This document shows positions 15,241 to 28,300 of a DNA stretch of 64,000 bases, piece by piece (positions within the stretch are counted from its first letter, which is position 1; each line of letters begins with the position of its first letter). The notes beneath the pieces are model-generated. The model saw only the letters and a list, made by a program, of their open reading frames with translations, searched no databases and had not been told where the DNA came from. The stretch is from the human T2T-CHM13v2.0 reference genome, Homo sapiens: assembly GCF_009914755.1 (NCBI RefSeq), contig NC_060926.1; one strand, written 5' to 3'. Both the position numbers and the translations under genes were made by a program.

Positions 15241-18200
15241 ATTTGGGATGCACATGTACTTTTTTTCTTATATATTTTTGGGGATGCATAAGATATTTAA
15301 GGAGATATTTTAATACAGATATTATCTCATAGTTATGTCTTAACTACTTTAGTGTGAGTAAATTTTGACATCCATCTAATGCAGAGCTGAAAGACTATGA
15401 ACTGAGGGCTTGAGAACAAGAACGCAGTATGGAGGTTTGGAGAAATATGCTTAGCCTGCTTCACAAGCATCCAGAGAATTATGTGGAAATTTAACCTGTG
15501 GGTTCTGCAATAATTTTCTCTCCTTTCATGTTTCAAAAGGCGGTTGTTGGGCTGATATCTGTTGCACAGTGTGATTTATGTCACAGAAATCTTTCCAGTC
15601 AACTGATATGTCTCATCTGAACTTAATTTCCATTGATGGTCCTTTCAGTCAAAGTAACAAAATTGGACCTAGGTGCATTTAGCTGCTTTCTAAAAATGCA
15701 ATATTTTCTACGCAGATTTTGATTCCTGTATGTACTGGCCCCTTGCCTGTTTCTGTAAGCTGCAGACCAGCAGGAATGCATCACCTTAGGGAAACGCAGG
15801 GTTGGAAAATATGAGTGGAACTGCCAAAGCAAAACATTTAAATTGTGTGATTACTTCTCCATTCTTAACATAATAACTGTTTACTTGAGGAGATTATACT
15901 TCATCACAATCTCTACTTTAGTCAAAGCAGTTTATGTAACAATTTCATACATTTTCCCATATTTCTTAGAATATGCACTTCTATATTACTGAAATTGCAT
16001 TCAAAAAAAGCACAGCTTGGGCAAGCCGTTTCTCTAGTCAATTGCTATCATCAACTGTTGAGGTAACAATAATGTTAATATTTCCCTACATTGTACAATA
16101 CTTTCTAGCATACTATTTATATTTAAATAATTTGGAATATTTGTGCATAACTATGTATCGTGGATTTTTGTTGTTGTTGATGGGTCATTAGTGATAAACA
16201 TTATTTTAATACCTACCCACCTTAAAGCTTGAAATGTAAAACTAACAGTCATTTGAGTATATTAAATAAAAGATACCCCAATAGGTTTGACATAACTTAA
16301 AGCTTTTCCCTAAAAAAGGACTAGAGCTCCTAAATTATTTAAAAAATGTATTTTTTCTTTGTTCTGCACAATACAAATAACATGTGAAATAAAAATTAGC
16401 ACTTTCTCTAAACAAAAACTTAACACAAGTAAATCTGCTGTACACATTTTACTGCAACTTTAGCCTTTGACCTTTTAACATTTTATTTTCCTATATGACT
16501 GTACATAGCAAACACTGAATAAAGTACAGGGCCATTAATTATTCCCAAAACAAGGACATTTCCTAATGTTATTTGAGTTGGTTCACCATTTCAAGAGAGA
16601 AGTTTGAACTTTGCTATAGAAATGGGCAATTATTTACAATTTTTTTACTCATGCTGTTTTCTTTCTTTCTGGAAGTCTATTAATAGGGTTTTAAGTCATC
16701 TTCACATGCAGATCTGAGGTGCTTGACAAGAAACAGAGACATGTACTGTGTATTTTGTTGACTACAGAGAATTTTCTCTTACTTGATTTGATCAATCTCA
16801 GAGGAAGACCTCTATGTGAAATGAATGCATATACATGAATAAGCTACAATTTCATTCCACTTCTTTTGTACTGTACTCAAAACACCAGGCTTAAAGGAAG
16901 AAAAAAAAATGGCCCTTGAAAGCTGGTGTTTCATACAAACAGCTACAGATTAATATGTACATCACAAACAAAATGAGTTTAAGGTAATCACATAAACACT
17001 CAATGGCTTAGAATATGAGTATAGAGAAGTCAAATTGACAAGTTGGACTGTTGAGATTTCCTGATTTTGAAACAAATCAGAACATCGTTAATCTTTCATG
17101 GATTTGCATTAATCTTTGGAAGTTCTCACAAAAATAACTATTTACAAACTATCACACTGAGAATTCTCTATGTGTCTGATTCCCTAATGCATTTCTAAAA
17201 TATTGGTTATACTTTTTTCTATTTTATGTTTGCCAGGCAAAATATGTTGTATTAATTATTGTTTTAATAAAGAAGCTAAGTTGATGTCCCAACTATAGAA
17301 TTTTCGCCAAAATTCATTAGTGGTGGAAGGCATTTATAACACAAATTTTAATGAAGTAAGAAAACTTTCCTCACTAACATAGACATTTGGGTTAACCAGG
17401 ATATGTAGCATAATTCGGCCTGATAGCCAGCTTATATTAAAAGGATTTGGAGGGAACAACTGGAAATGTGATGTTCTCTTCAATCCTACATCCTCAACAT
17501 TCAACTTCACACAGGAAGAATAGAAGAAAATTGTGTCATGTTATATGCTGAATAGGTTCAAATCAATTTGAAAAATGCCCATACTCTAACACAAAAATAA
17601 ATTAGAAACATCTAGATTTTAGTTTCTAACGTAGGATTACTGTGATGGATCTCACTCTGCATCTTACAGCAAGCACACCACCACAATTGTCCACAACATG
17701 AACTCTTGTTTTTCCCCATCTACTTACCTCACTATTTCTTCGGCACAAGTCTTGTGCCCTTAATGTGCCTTCTTTCTATTATTTATGTATATTTGCATCC
17801 ATTAACAATAGTAAATATAGTTTTGATAAATGAACAATAAAATGGTATTTTTATCTAAATATCTTTATTTATCTTACTTTTGCCCAGTGTTATGTTTTTG
17901 AATATTTGCTGACATACATCAGACTGCCTGAGAGTGAACTGATATGAGTTATTGGTTCTCACACATTTTAGGAAGTGTGTGCATGTATGTGCATACACAC
18001 ACCAACTAGAAAAACAACCAATTAAAGGAGTCAAAATAACTAGCCAGACTAGTTTTTGGTATTGTGAAATGATAACCAAAGGCTGATTCATTCACTCAGG
18101 AACATCAGTCAGTCTATTTAGGTCAAATAATTGATGTAATTTTTGTCTCAATTGAATGGTTATCAAGACCTTTATGAAGGGCTTACAGTGTTGTTCCATC

Positions 18201-19054
18201 TTTGTTGCCTAGTAAAAGTCTGTTAGAATAATGTCTTGATATTTAACTGGAAGTCATTAGTCTTCTTAGAATCCGCTTGCCAAGCTCTTAGTATTTTTAT
18301 TAATATTTATAACATTGCTATTTCAAGGATAACGTTTTAAATCAACAAAAGGACAGAGACCTTGAATCGGTATTGTGTCCCACTAAGCAACGCAGGTGTC
18401 AGTGATTCAAGTCTCTCATTAGCATAATATCAATGTGTAGTCTTCCTACCCAGTAAGTCTTTGCTTTTAAAAAAAATCTCAATTTCTGTAAGTTTACATT
18501 TTCTAATATAAGCGTTTTCTTAAAGTGAAAACAATAAATCAGTTCTTTACATAAGAAATACTTTACTTTTAAATATTCTTCTATAAAACAGAATCACGAA
18601 GCTTCCTTTTAAAAGCATTGGTGACATTTAAATGAATCCTATTAAGATTTTTAAATATATATATAATGTATATAGGTAATAAATAAATGTGTTAATTAAT
18701 TTAAACAAATAAGATACCCATGAGAATTACCGTTAATTTAAACTTAGTCTTTTGGTGTGGTGCCTTATATCCAAGAGATTGATTTGCATAGTTGTTCAGT
18801 CATGATTTCCTGGCATGTTTACTTTTCTTAATGAAGAGGCTAAAATTACTGAAACCTTTAAGGTATTGAGTCTTTAAGAGTAGTAGAAGAATATTGAAGT
18901 CATCTAAGGAGATTTTTCAAATCATATATATTTCCTTTATTTACCTTAGCAGATATATTTTTTTACATATGACAAAAGATTGGGCACATTTATAAAATGT
19001 TCAAAATATATAGTATGCTAAACTCCAAATCTAGGAACCACACCGTACATATGA

Positions 19055-19180
19055 TATTATTATGTCTATTTTATACATGAGGCAACCGAGAACCAGGAAG
19101 GAAGGTAATTTGCCCCAGGTCACCTAGAGAGGCTTTGAGCCAAGATTTAAACTAAGGTCCTTGTGATTCCAAAGCTCATG
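19055..19180 (-). mobile_element. MIR
   Basis: attttatacatgaggcaaccgagaacc...aggtaatttgccccaggtcac...gagccaagatttaaactaaggtc. Confidence 0.75.
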
Positions 19181-20499
19181 GTTTTCCTGGGTAATCCCCA
19201 TGTTTGAGGAAATGGCTTCATCTACAATGAGCTAAACTTTGAGACACATTAGGATCTCAGAAATCAGCCCTCAAGTGAAGAAGTCAACTTTCAAATTGCT
19301 GTCTGAAGTTGGCCGGGCATCAAAATTACCTTGTTGAAAAAGAATATAGGAAAGAGTGTGATCTCATTAATGAGACTATGGGACTCTTCAGGCAGTGGCA
19401 ATATGAAAAGAAAAAATAAGTAGTTTGCACTTTTTGGGGAAAAATGAGCAAAAAAATGCTCACTTTTAACCCATTTCAATTTAAATAAAGTAGTGTGCAA
19501 ACTAGGTTATTCTTACCTTACTGATGTCTCAAACTTCTCCAATTAGAGATAATATTTTCTCTTTAGAAGTAATAAGGGTCTTTCTAATTATCAGTTGTCA
19601 TCAAAGAGGAAACATTTAGCGTAATCTATGCTGGCCGTAATTTGTAAACACGAAAATACATTATAGGCAACACTAGTAAAATGGAGCAACTTCTTTAAAA
19701 ATGGAGTCTCTTACACAGAGAAAAACCACACAAAATGTATGGGTAACATCCGGGCATTGCAAAGAAAACTTTCTGATTTATAATATTTTCTTACCCACTT
19801 AGGAATACTTTAGGATAGAAAGGGATATCAAAATCTAATTTCTTTTTCTGTATTACAGACACAACTATAAGATGATATTCACTAGATAGGATCACTAGGT
19901 AGAACCCATTTACAACTGCTATACTTTTTGAAAGTAAGGCAATTGTCTGAGATATGCATTTATTACAAGCCTACTGCAACTAATAGGAGTTGATGATGGC
20001 TTTTAAGAAAAACTACAGAATGTCAAATGGAAGCTGTCTCTACTTAACAAATACACTAGGCTCAAAAATCAAAAGAAAAGACACGTAAGGCGATGTTTAT
20101 TCATCTATGCTCTCAGTAACAAGTTTTTAAGGTATTCACGCATCTCATTGTTTGTCTATTTTTACAAATATGTGGTGTCATTCAAAAATGACACATAGGA
20201 CATCCTGTCTGTATATATTTAATGCAAAGAGTAAAAAAGTAAATGAAATACTCATATGGTTCCTTTTAAGTTTTCAACATGAACAAAAACATTTCTCATA
20301 AATTTGTTGTGAGAGCTTTTGAAAAGGAATCGTACCTCGTTGATTTTTGAAATGTAATGAGTTTAAAAGTAAAAATAATTCTGTGCTCTACATTTTTCAT
20401 TTCTATTATTTTTAAAATATCAACTAGAGTGTATCGATTGGGGAACACCGTTGCATGCAAGCTTGTGTGTTTTTTATCTGTGTACTAGAAAAAAATTCT

Positions 20500-22000
20500 A
20501 GTAAATGTTATGCTAAAAACAACTATAATTATAAAAGATAGAAGTGGTAATAAGAGTATATGCAAGAAATTATTTATATGCTTTCAATTACATATTATTA
20601 ACAGTAGTATTAGTATTGTTATTTTGATACTGTTGTGTGTGTAGAATGAAACATTCTATCATCCCCTATATATTTAAGAACCAGGCTTTTTGGCATGGCA
20701 GAAAGGAAATATAGATGTAATTAAAAAGTGATTAAATTCAAAAAACTCTACAGTGCTGAATTTGAATTATAAGTAGCTATATGAACCTACGAGTCACAAA
20801 CAGACACACACACCCACATATCCTATCTCTGCCCACTAAAAAGATTTAAAAACAAAAAACAAACAACTGTGAACAGTAACACTGGTGGCTGCATACTGTG
20901 GTCTTGAAGTACCATTTTACACTAAAAGAACCCAGAGCTGGTGAGAAAATGGCAGTTACAGTTACATAAAACCGGAGCATCCTGTCATACTAGATTGCAA
21001 GGGAACTATCAAAAATCTAACAGAGTTGTATCAAAATAACGCCATAGTGAAACTGAAAAGTCTCCCACCAGTCCAAGGTGAAACAATTTGAGCTTCAATG
21101 GTGATAATAATTAGAACTGGGTGAAACTCATCCAAATATTTAAAACTATAAATTGCTAATACTAAGTATTAGAAAAAAGAAATGGCTACATTTGGAGGAT
21201 AATAAGAATCTAATTTTCTTAATCATTGATTTTAAAAATTAAGCAATTATTCTGCTTTTTTATATAAACTGAAGCACTGGGTAGCCAAACAGCAAATGAG
21301 AGAAACCATCTCCTTTTTAAGGTATTTTAGCTAATAATGAAAAAGAATTTATGGAATTTGAATATAATCAAATTTTGCAACCCCACAAGTTAATTAATCT
21401 AGGCATTGAATATTAACAGCTATAGAAATCACAGAAAAAGAAACATCCAGACACTTTGCTCTCCTAAAAAAAGACACCTAAAATCTTGTCAGAGGGTTAG
21501 TACCTGATTCTGATAAATCCCCTGGATTCAGCTGCGAAATTTTAGAAAATACAGAAGACAGGTTGAATCATCTAGAGTTTATAATCAGCAACATTCAGGC
21601 TTTGAAACTCTGCAAAGAAAAGGTTTGTATCCTTCAGAAAATAAATGACAAGGAAAAGAAAGTGAGAGGGTAAATTGTAGATTAACAGAAAATTTTAAAT
21701 CATCAAGTGCAAAACTGGAAAAGACTAAACTATACCCTCTTGGAACATGCACTTAAATGATAAGACTATTTTAAAATTCAAGGAAGTAATTGCTGTAAAA
21801 GTCAGGATAGTGGTTACTTCTGGAAGAGGTAGGAGGTGAAATAAGGATAAGGCACATACAGGGACAAAGGCTGAAGAAATTTTTCATTGTTGACCTGGGT
21901 GGTGGTGAAGACGTATTCACCTAAATTAAGTCATTAAGCTGCACATTTGGTTTTCCAGATCTGTATTTTATTTTATAATAAAAAGTTTAAATTAAAATAA
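20500..22000 (+). mobile_element. L1MC-like long 3' region
   Basis: aagactaaactata...aagtcaggatagtggttacttctgg...ttgacctgggtggtgg...tttataataaaaagttt 3' terminus, plus upstream gaaccaggctttttggcatggcagaaaggaaatatagatgtaa motif. Confidence 0.7.
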
Positions 22001-22874
22001 AAATTATTGATATTCAACTGATATTTTATGCCAATTTTAGTTTAAAATTATTCATCTCAGTATAAAAAATAAGCATATAAGTTACTTATATGTATTTTTG
22101 TGAATTCTTAGTAATTTAAATAATTAGGGTTTTTTTTTTATGTTTTATGGCTATCAGACCTATAAGCTAAGAATGAAAAATAGATTTCATTTAAGGCAGT
22201 ATTGATGAAAACCAAATAATTGCTTCAAAATATATTTTATCTAATGGAACCTGACAATGTGGGAGATATAGCAATATCTGGAGATTTCATTGTAGTGAGG
22301 CTGCCATCTTTTGATCCTCAGTATCAGAGAAACTAAGCTTCCACTTGCTGAGATGAGAGCAGAAATGAATCATGCCAGAGGCTGATATTATAGAAATCGC
22401 TTCCAATCCTTCTGGTCACTTCACTGGGTAAAGTGTCACCATGAGCAGAAAGCCAATCCCCTGTAATGATGATTTACAGTTGGAAAGTGGCTTTAGGACA
22501 GATTTACTGTTGCCCTACTCACACCACTCTGTTTCTATCACCAAAAGATATTTTTCCTGTAAAAAGTAATGTTAGGAAAGGACATATACATCAGAGCATT
22601 TTAATAAAGCCCCTTCCTTTTCTCCCTCAAATACAGTGAGCACTTAGAAAAGAAAGAGGAAAATATGTACTAAGGGGCTGAATAAAATATTGAAGGCATT
22701 CAAATCTTGTACAGCAGAAAACAAACATTTCAGCAAATATTCAAGTCACTAGACATGTTTTCTTATTTTAAAATCTTAGGGTATGCTAACAATTACAAGA
22801 ATGACACATCTTCAGAGGGTGTATGTAAAAATGCATATTTTTCTTCATCTCAAATATAATGTTTCCACAAATAA

Positions 22875-23050
22875 TAAATAATAATAGCTCTCATGTATTG
22901 GTCACTTACTATGAAACAGGCCTTGTTCTAAGTACTATACATAAATATTATCATTAATCTTCCAAACAAAAAGAGTACAAGGCTGGAGTTTGGAAGTTAA
23001 CTAATTTGATTAAAGTTATATAGCTTACTCTCTTTGCTTACTATACTGAT
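22875..23050 (-). mobile_element. MIR (diverged)
   Basis: aatagctctcatgtattggtcacttactatgaaacaggccttgttctaagtac...ttaatcttccaaacaa. Confidence 0.6.
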
Positions 23051-23145
23051 ACAAAAAGATGTTAAAATGTTAAATATCAGCTATGGCTCAAAGATAATCC
23101 CTCCACAAGAAGGATTAGATGAAGTGAAAATTTTCCAACAGAGAT

Positions 23146-23494
23146 TGCTTTGGTCTAAGTGTGTCCTCATCACCCCCGCAACCCCCAAAATTCTTAGGTT
23201 GAAACAATCTTCAGTACAGAGGTGTTGGAAAGCTGGAAGGTGTTGGAAGGTGGGGCCTTTGCGAGGGATTAGTGTCATTATGTAAGAAGTCTGAGGAAGC
23301 TTGTTCACCCCTCTGCCATGTGAGAAGGCAGCAAGAAGTTACTATCTTTGAAGAAAGTGAACCCTCACCAGGCACTGAATGCACTGATGCTTTGATCTTG
23401 GACTTCATAGCCTCCAGAACCATAAGCATTGAATTTCTACTCTTTATAAATTACCCAGTCTAAGATATTTTGTTTTCCTGAATGGACTAAGAGA
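23146..23494 (+). mobile_element. MaLR solo LTR (MLT1A/MSTD-like)
   Basis: tgctttggtctaagtgtgtcc...ggtggggcctttg...ttgatcttggacttcatagcctccagaac...tttataaattacccagtctaagatattttg...ggactaagaga. Confidence 0.85.
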
Positions 23495-23499
23495 AAAGT

Positions 23500-24335
23500 G
23501 TTCAACATATAGTTCTTAACCACTTCCCACACACAGATGTGTCAGTGATTCTCTTGGGCTATAGGGGCCTTGTCTGAAAAAGGGTTCACATGGTTTTCCC
23601 TAAGTACTATCCAAGAAGGATACCTAGAGAAAAAAAACTGGAAAGAAAAACAGGAGAGGCTAGAGGTATGACTAGATTCTTAGAAGTAGAGGAGGCAGTA
23701 AGTTATCAAGCCAAAATGGAGAAGCATTTGACCATTCCAAATGAACTTCCAGGGAAAAATTCTAAGAAAGAGGGGAATTATCCAAAGAAGCCATAAACAT
23801 GCCTGGATGAGAGACAGACACAAAATTATTGCCGGAAACATCTTCAGTGTTCAGAAAGCACCAACATCAATTAATGCCAGTGTGAATCCAGTAGGACATT
23901 TTCTGACCTCTTTAATCTCTTCCCTCCCCAAACACCAGCTCTAAGTGGTCAGAAATTACTATGGTGAACAAGCTGGTGAGAGGAGCATATAAGCCTTAGA
24001 TGGGGTAAGAGAAGAGAAACCAGCTCTCCTGCCCTGATGTAAGACTTCCCATCTGCTACAGAGGAAGGAGAGGAGTCCAAATTGTAAAGAAATTTTGAGT
24101 TTTGAAAATTACCTGTTACTGATCTTTCTAATTACTGAACTGAGACTGTTTTGTGGTTTAACTTGACTGTAAGACATTTTATATTTATTATTATTATTTA
24201 AGAAAATGCCATGAGGCCTGCCAAGGACAGAGAAATAGTTGTCCCAGAGATAAATCTAAAGGGAAAAAGGAAACTAATATAAAGTCATTTTTGGATTACA
24301 CTCCCTGAGTTGTGCTTGTTCAACATAAAAATTAC
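23500..24335 (+). mobile_element. Very old LTR (MamGypLTR/Gypsy-like)
   Basis: Ends ttacactccctgagttgtgcttgttcaacataaaaattaca, resembling mammalian Gypsy-LTR 3' termini from recall; identity uncertain. Confidence 0.35.
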
Positions 24336-24832
24336 ATTGACATTTATGCTTCTGACCAAGTGTGGACTTCATGACATGTAAGTAGGAATGATTATTTTTG
24401 CCATCATGCTATTGTTCTTATATGCCTCATACATAAGCCCTTTTTCATTCAGAGAAACTACAGTTGATATTGTTATTTATATGCCAAAATAGTGTTTAAA
24501 GGAGACTAACTTACAGTTCTTGTTTGCAGGGAGTATTTTTACTCTGAAAGGCACAAGCCTTCTATGAGTTGTCTACGAAATATCATCCTTCTTACAAATC
24601 AGCTGCAATTGTGCTTTTGTGTTATTTGTTTCACTTATATGGAATTTATTCACTGGCTTCTATTATAATTTTGATCACATATACATGTTTAATTATTATC
24701 ATGTATGTGTGCTCTTTCCCTATTTAGATGGCATTCTCTTTAAGGACAGGTATTTCAATATATTACTTTTCAAATCAATCCATAGTGCCTGACAGAACTT
24801 TATTCATAGAGCTTAAGAAATATATAAATTCT

Positions 24833-25186
<354 letters not shown>

Positions 25187-25375
25187 TCAAATACTTGTTT
25201 CCATTTCAATATCAGCTTGATACAAAATAGATCAGTGTTTAGCTTTATGCTAAAGAAAGCTTTCAAATAAAGATGCATTTAGCTGTGTACTTGTATTTAA
25301 AAGTCTGCTGTCAGTATATTAATATTTTTTAATTAATTAATTTTAATTGACAAATAAAAATTGCATGTGCATTTG

Positions 25376-28300
25376 CCGGGGCAAGAGGGCTGACTAGATG
25401 TAGCCAGAAAATGCCTCTTCTACTGAGAGGAACCAAAATTTCAAGTAAATCATCACACTTCAAACAGATCTTTTGAGAGAAAACACTGAAAATCAATAGG
25501 GAGGTGATGCAGACACTGTGGCTGAAGAAGGAAGAAACTGGGAAGCCTGCTCAGAGATGCCAAGTGCCAGGACTGGCCTCTGGCCCTGAACTGGACCTAA
25601 GGAAGGGCTAAATGAAGGAACTCTGTAGCACCACACTCTCACTGCAGACCTTTGGGGTCTTAATTAGTGGCATTCCCACAACCCCCATAGACATTTAAAC
25701 TGGCATATGGAGCCACCTGGAGATCAGGCAGAGGCACAGCTCAAACCTTGGCAGAACCCAGAAGGTTTCACTGCTCAGTACAGCTGCAACAAAACAGCAC
25801 CGTAAGGCACCCATCCCCACAAACCCCTGATCTTTCACTCAGTGGCTGCAGCTTCTGCTCTCTACCAGGCCAGAAGACAGCAGGGTTGCCATTGCTGCAG
25901 GACTGTGGTGCATCCAATCGATGAGTTTCCTCACTGGTTGGCCCCTCCTAAGAGTGCCTGTCTGGCCACTCTAACAGGATGGTGTCCACAGCACAGCTCC
26001 CACCCCCACTACTCCCATACCACCTGAGTTTTTGGCTGGTGGCCTAGAAGCAGTTCAGCCCCTCCAGCACAGCCAGTGCCCAACCCCCAGGGGCCGGAGA
26101 ACAAATCCATGGGCCCAGTACCAACTCCTCAGGAATTGAGCACACCACCCACGGGTATCAAGTTGAGATCTGGGGCCAGAACTCAAGCAAAGGAGGAGCC
26201 CCCACTCTCAGAAGAGAGAGGAGTGAGGTGCAGGTTTGTGTGCCGGTGCAGGAACTTGCCATCCCTCCCTCCACAAGACTGGTCTGGAAAGAGTGGGGCC
26301 TAACAGCCAGCCGCAGTTCCTTCCCCAGGGGGTTCTATGGCCCAGATCATCTGGAATGGCTCAGCAACCTGGGCATAGAAGGCTTAGGACAAGCCTAAAT
26401 CGTAGGGCCTGTTCCTGGGGCGGACATGGATGAAAAGCTGTCGGGTTGGGGGAGCATCAGTTGGGCAGGCACCACAGCTGTTGGCTAGGCTGAAAACCCC
26501 AAGCTGCAGCTGTCTTCTTAGTTGTATATCCATGGTAATACTGCCATGACCAGGGATCGTCTGCCCTTGACCCACTGTACCAACAGACCACTAACAGACA
26601 TAACCTCACAACCTGCTCTGACTCTCACAAGCATAGGGGACCAGTGGACACCTGGCAAGTTGAAGATCTCCTGGTGACCTAACCCTCATCTGTGACTGCA
26701 CCTAAAAGAGGAAGGAGGGCAACCCACCAAAGCTCCTCTTGGGGCAAAGGGAACGTAAGCTCAGTGCCATTAGTTGAAGGGGACATCACCAAGGCCTGGA
26801 AAATGACTTAAGAGGGACTTATCTCTCACTCTCCTGCCTCCCCTCCTCAGAGCACTGCTGTACACACACTGAAAAACAAAAGGGGTGCACAACTGAGTAA
26901 CATCCTATCTGCTAGCCCTTACTCTTACATGCTATATAGTGGACTGAAGCCTTAATTATACCACCAAACAAATATGCATTCCTCCAACACACAAAACATC
27001 TGAAACCCACCACAGGATCCTATCTACAACCGAGGAACCTTTACAGAGACATGGCCATCTGAAAGTACCCGGAAACAAAACCAATTGACTATAAACAACA
27101 TCCACACAGTCAAACCCTCAAGAGATATAAGATAAAAAACAAAAAGACCTTTCCAAGTAACAGCAAATTCAAACAGAAACAGAAACAGCAGTTCCCTCAG
27201 ATAAGAAGAAATCAGCTCAAGAACTACAGTAATTCAAAAAGCCAGAGTGTTTCATTAACTTTAAAGGATCACACTCACCCTATAACAATGAATCCTAACC
27301 AGATTGAAATGTCTGAAATGACAATAATAGAATTCAGAATCTAGATGACAAGGAAGCTAAACAAGATGCAAGAGAAAGTTGAAATCCAATTTAATGAACC
27401 CAGAAAAAAAGATTCAACATTTAAAAGATGACATGGCCACATTAAGAAAAAAAACAAAGTAAACTTCTGGAATTGAAAAATTAACTGCAGAAATTTGAAA
27501 ACAAAATTAGAAGTCCTTGCAAAAGATTAGACCAAGCAGAAAGAAAAAAAAAAAATCAGAGCTCAAAGATTGGTCCATTAAATCAACCCAGTCAGACAAA
27601 AATAAAGAAAAAACACTTTAAAAAATGAACAAAGCATCCGAGAGTTATGGGATATGTAAATCAACCAACTCTATGCCTCACTGGCATTGCTGACAGAGAA
27701 AAAGAGAGAGTAAGCAACTTGGAAAACATATTTGAGGATATAATCCATGAAAATTTTCCCAATCTCACAATAGAGGTCAGCATGAAAATACAAGAAAATC
27801 AGAGAACCCCTGCAAGCTTCTCTACAAGATAAACATTTTAAGGCACACAGTCATCAGATTTTCCAAGGTCAGCACACAAGAAAAAATCTGAAAGGCAGCT
27901 AGAGAAAAGGGTTACATAGTGTAAAAAGGGAACCCAATTAGACTGACAGTGGATTTCTCAGCAGAAACCTTACAAGTGAGAAGGGAGTAGAGGCCTATTT
28001 TTAGCATTCTTATAGAAAATAAATTCTAACCAAGAGTTTCATATCGGCCAAGCTAAGCTTTATAAGTGAAGGAGAAAGAAAATATTTCCCAGACAAGCAG
28101 TCACTAAGGGAATTTTTTACCATGAGACCAGCCTTACAAGAGAGGCTTAAGGGAGTTTTAAACATGGAAACAAAAGAAATATACCTGCTATCAAAAAAAC
28201 AAATATAAGTACATATGCCACAGACCCTATTAATAAAACAACACAATTGAGACTACAATGCAACCAATTAACACCACCACAACAGAAACAAAACCTCATA

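Noticed and set aside
25700-26800. GC-rich stretch as a CpG-island promoter
   Set aside because: It is the L1 5'UTR, and its CpGs are largely decayed to TpG/CpA.
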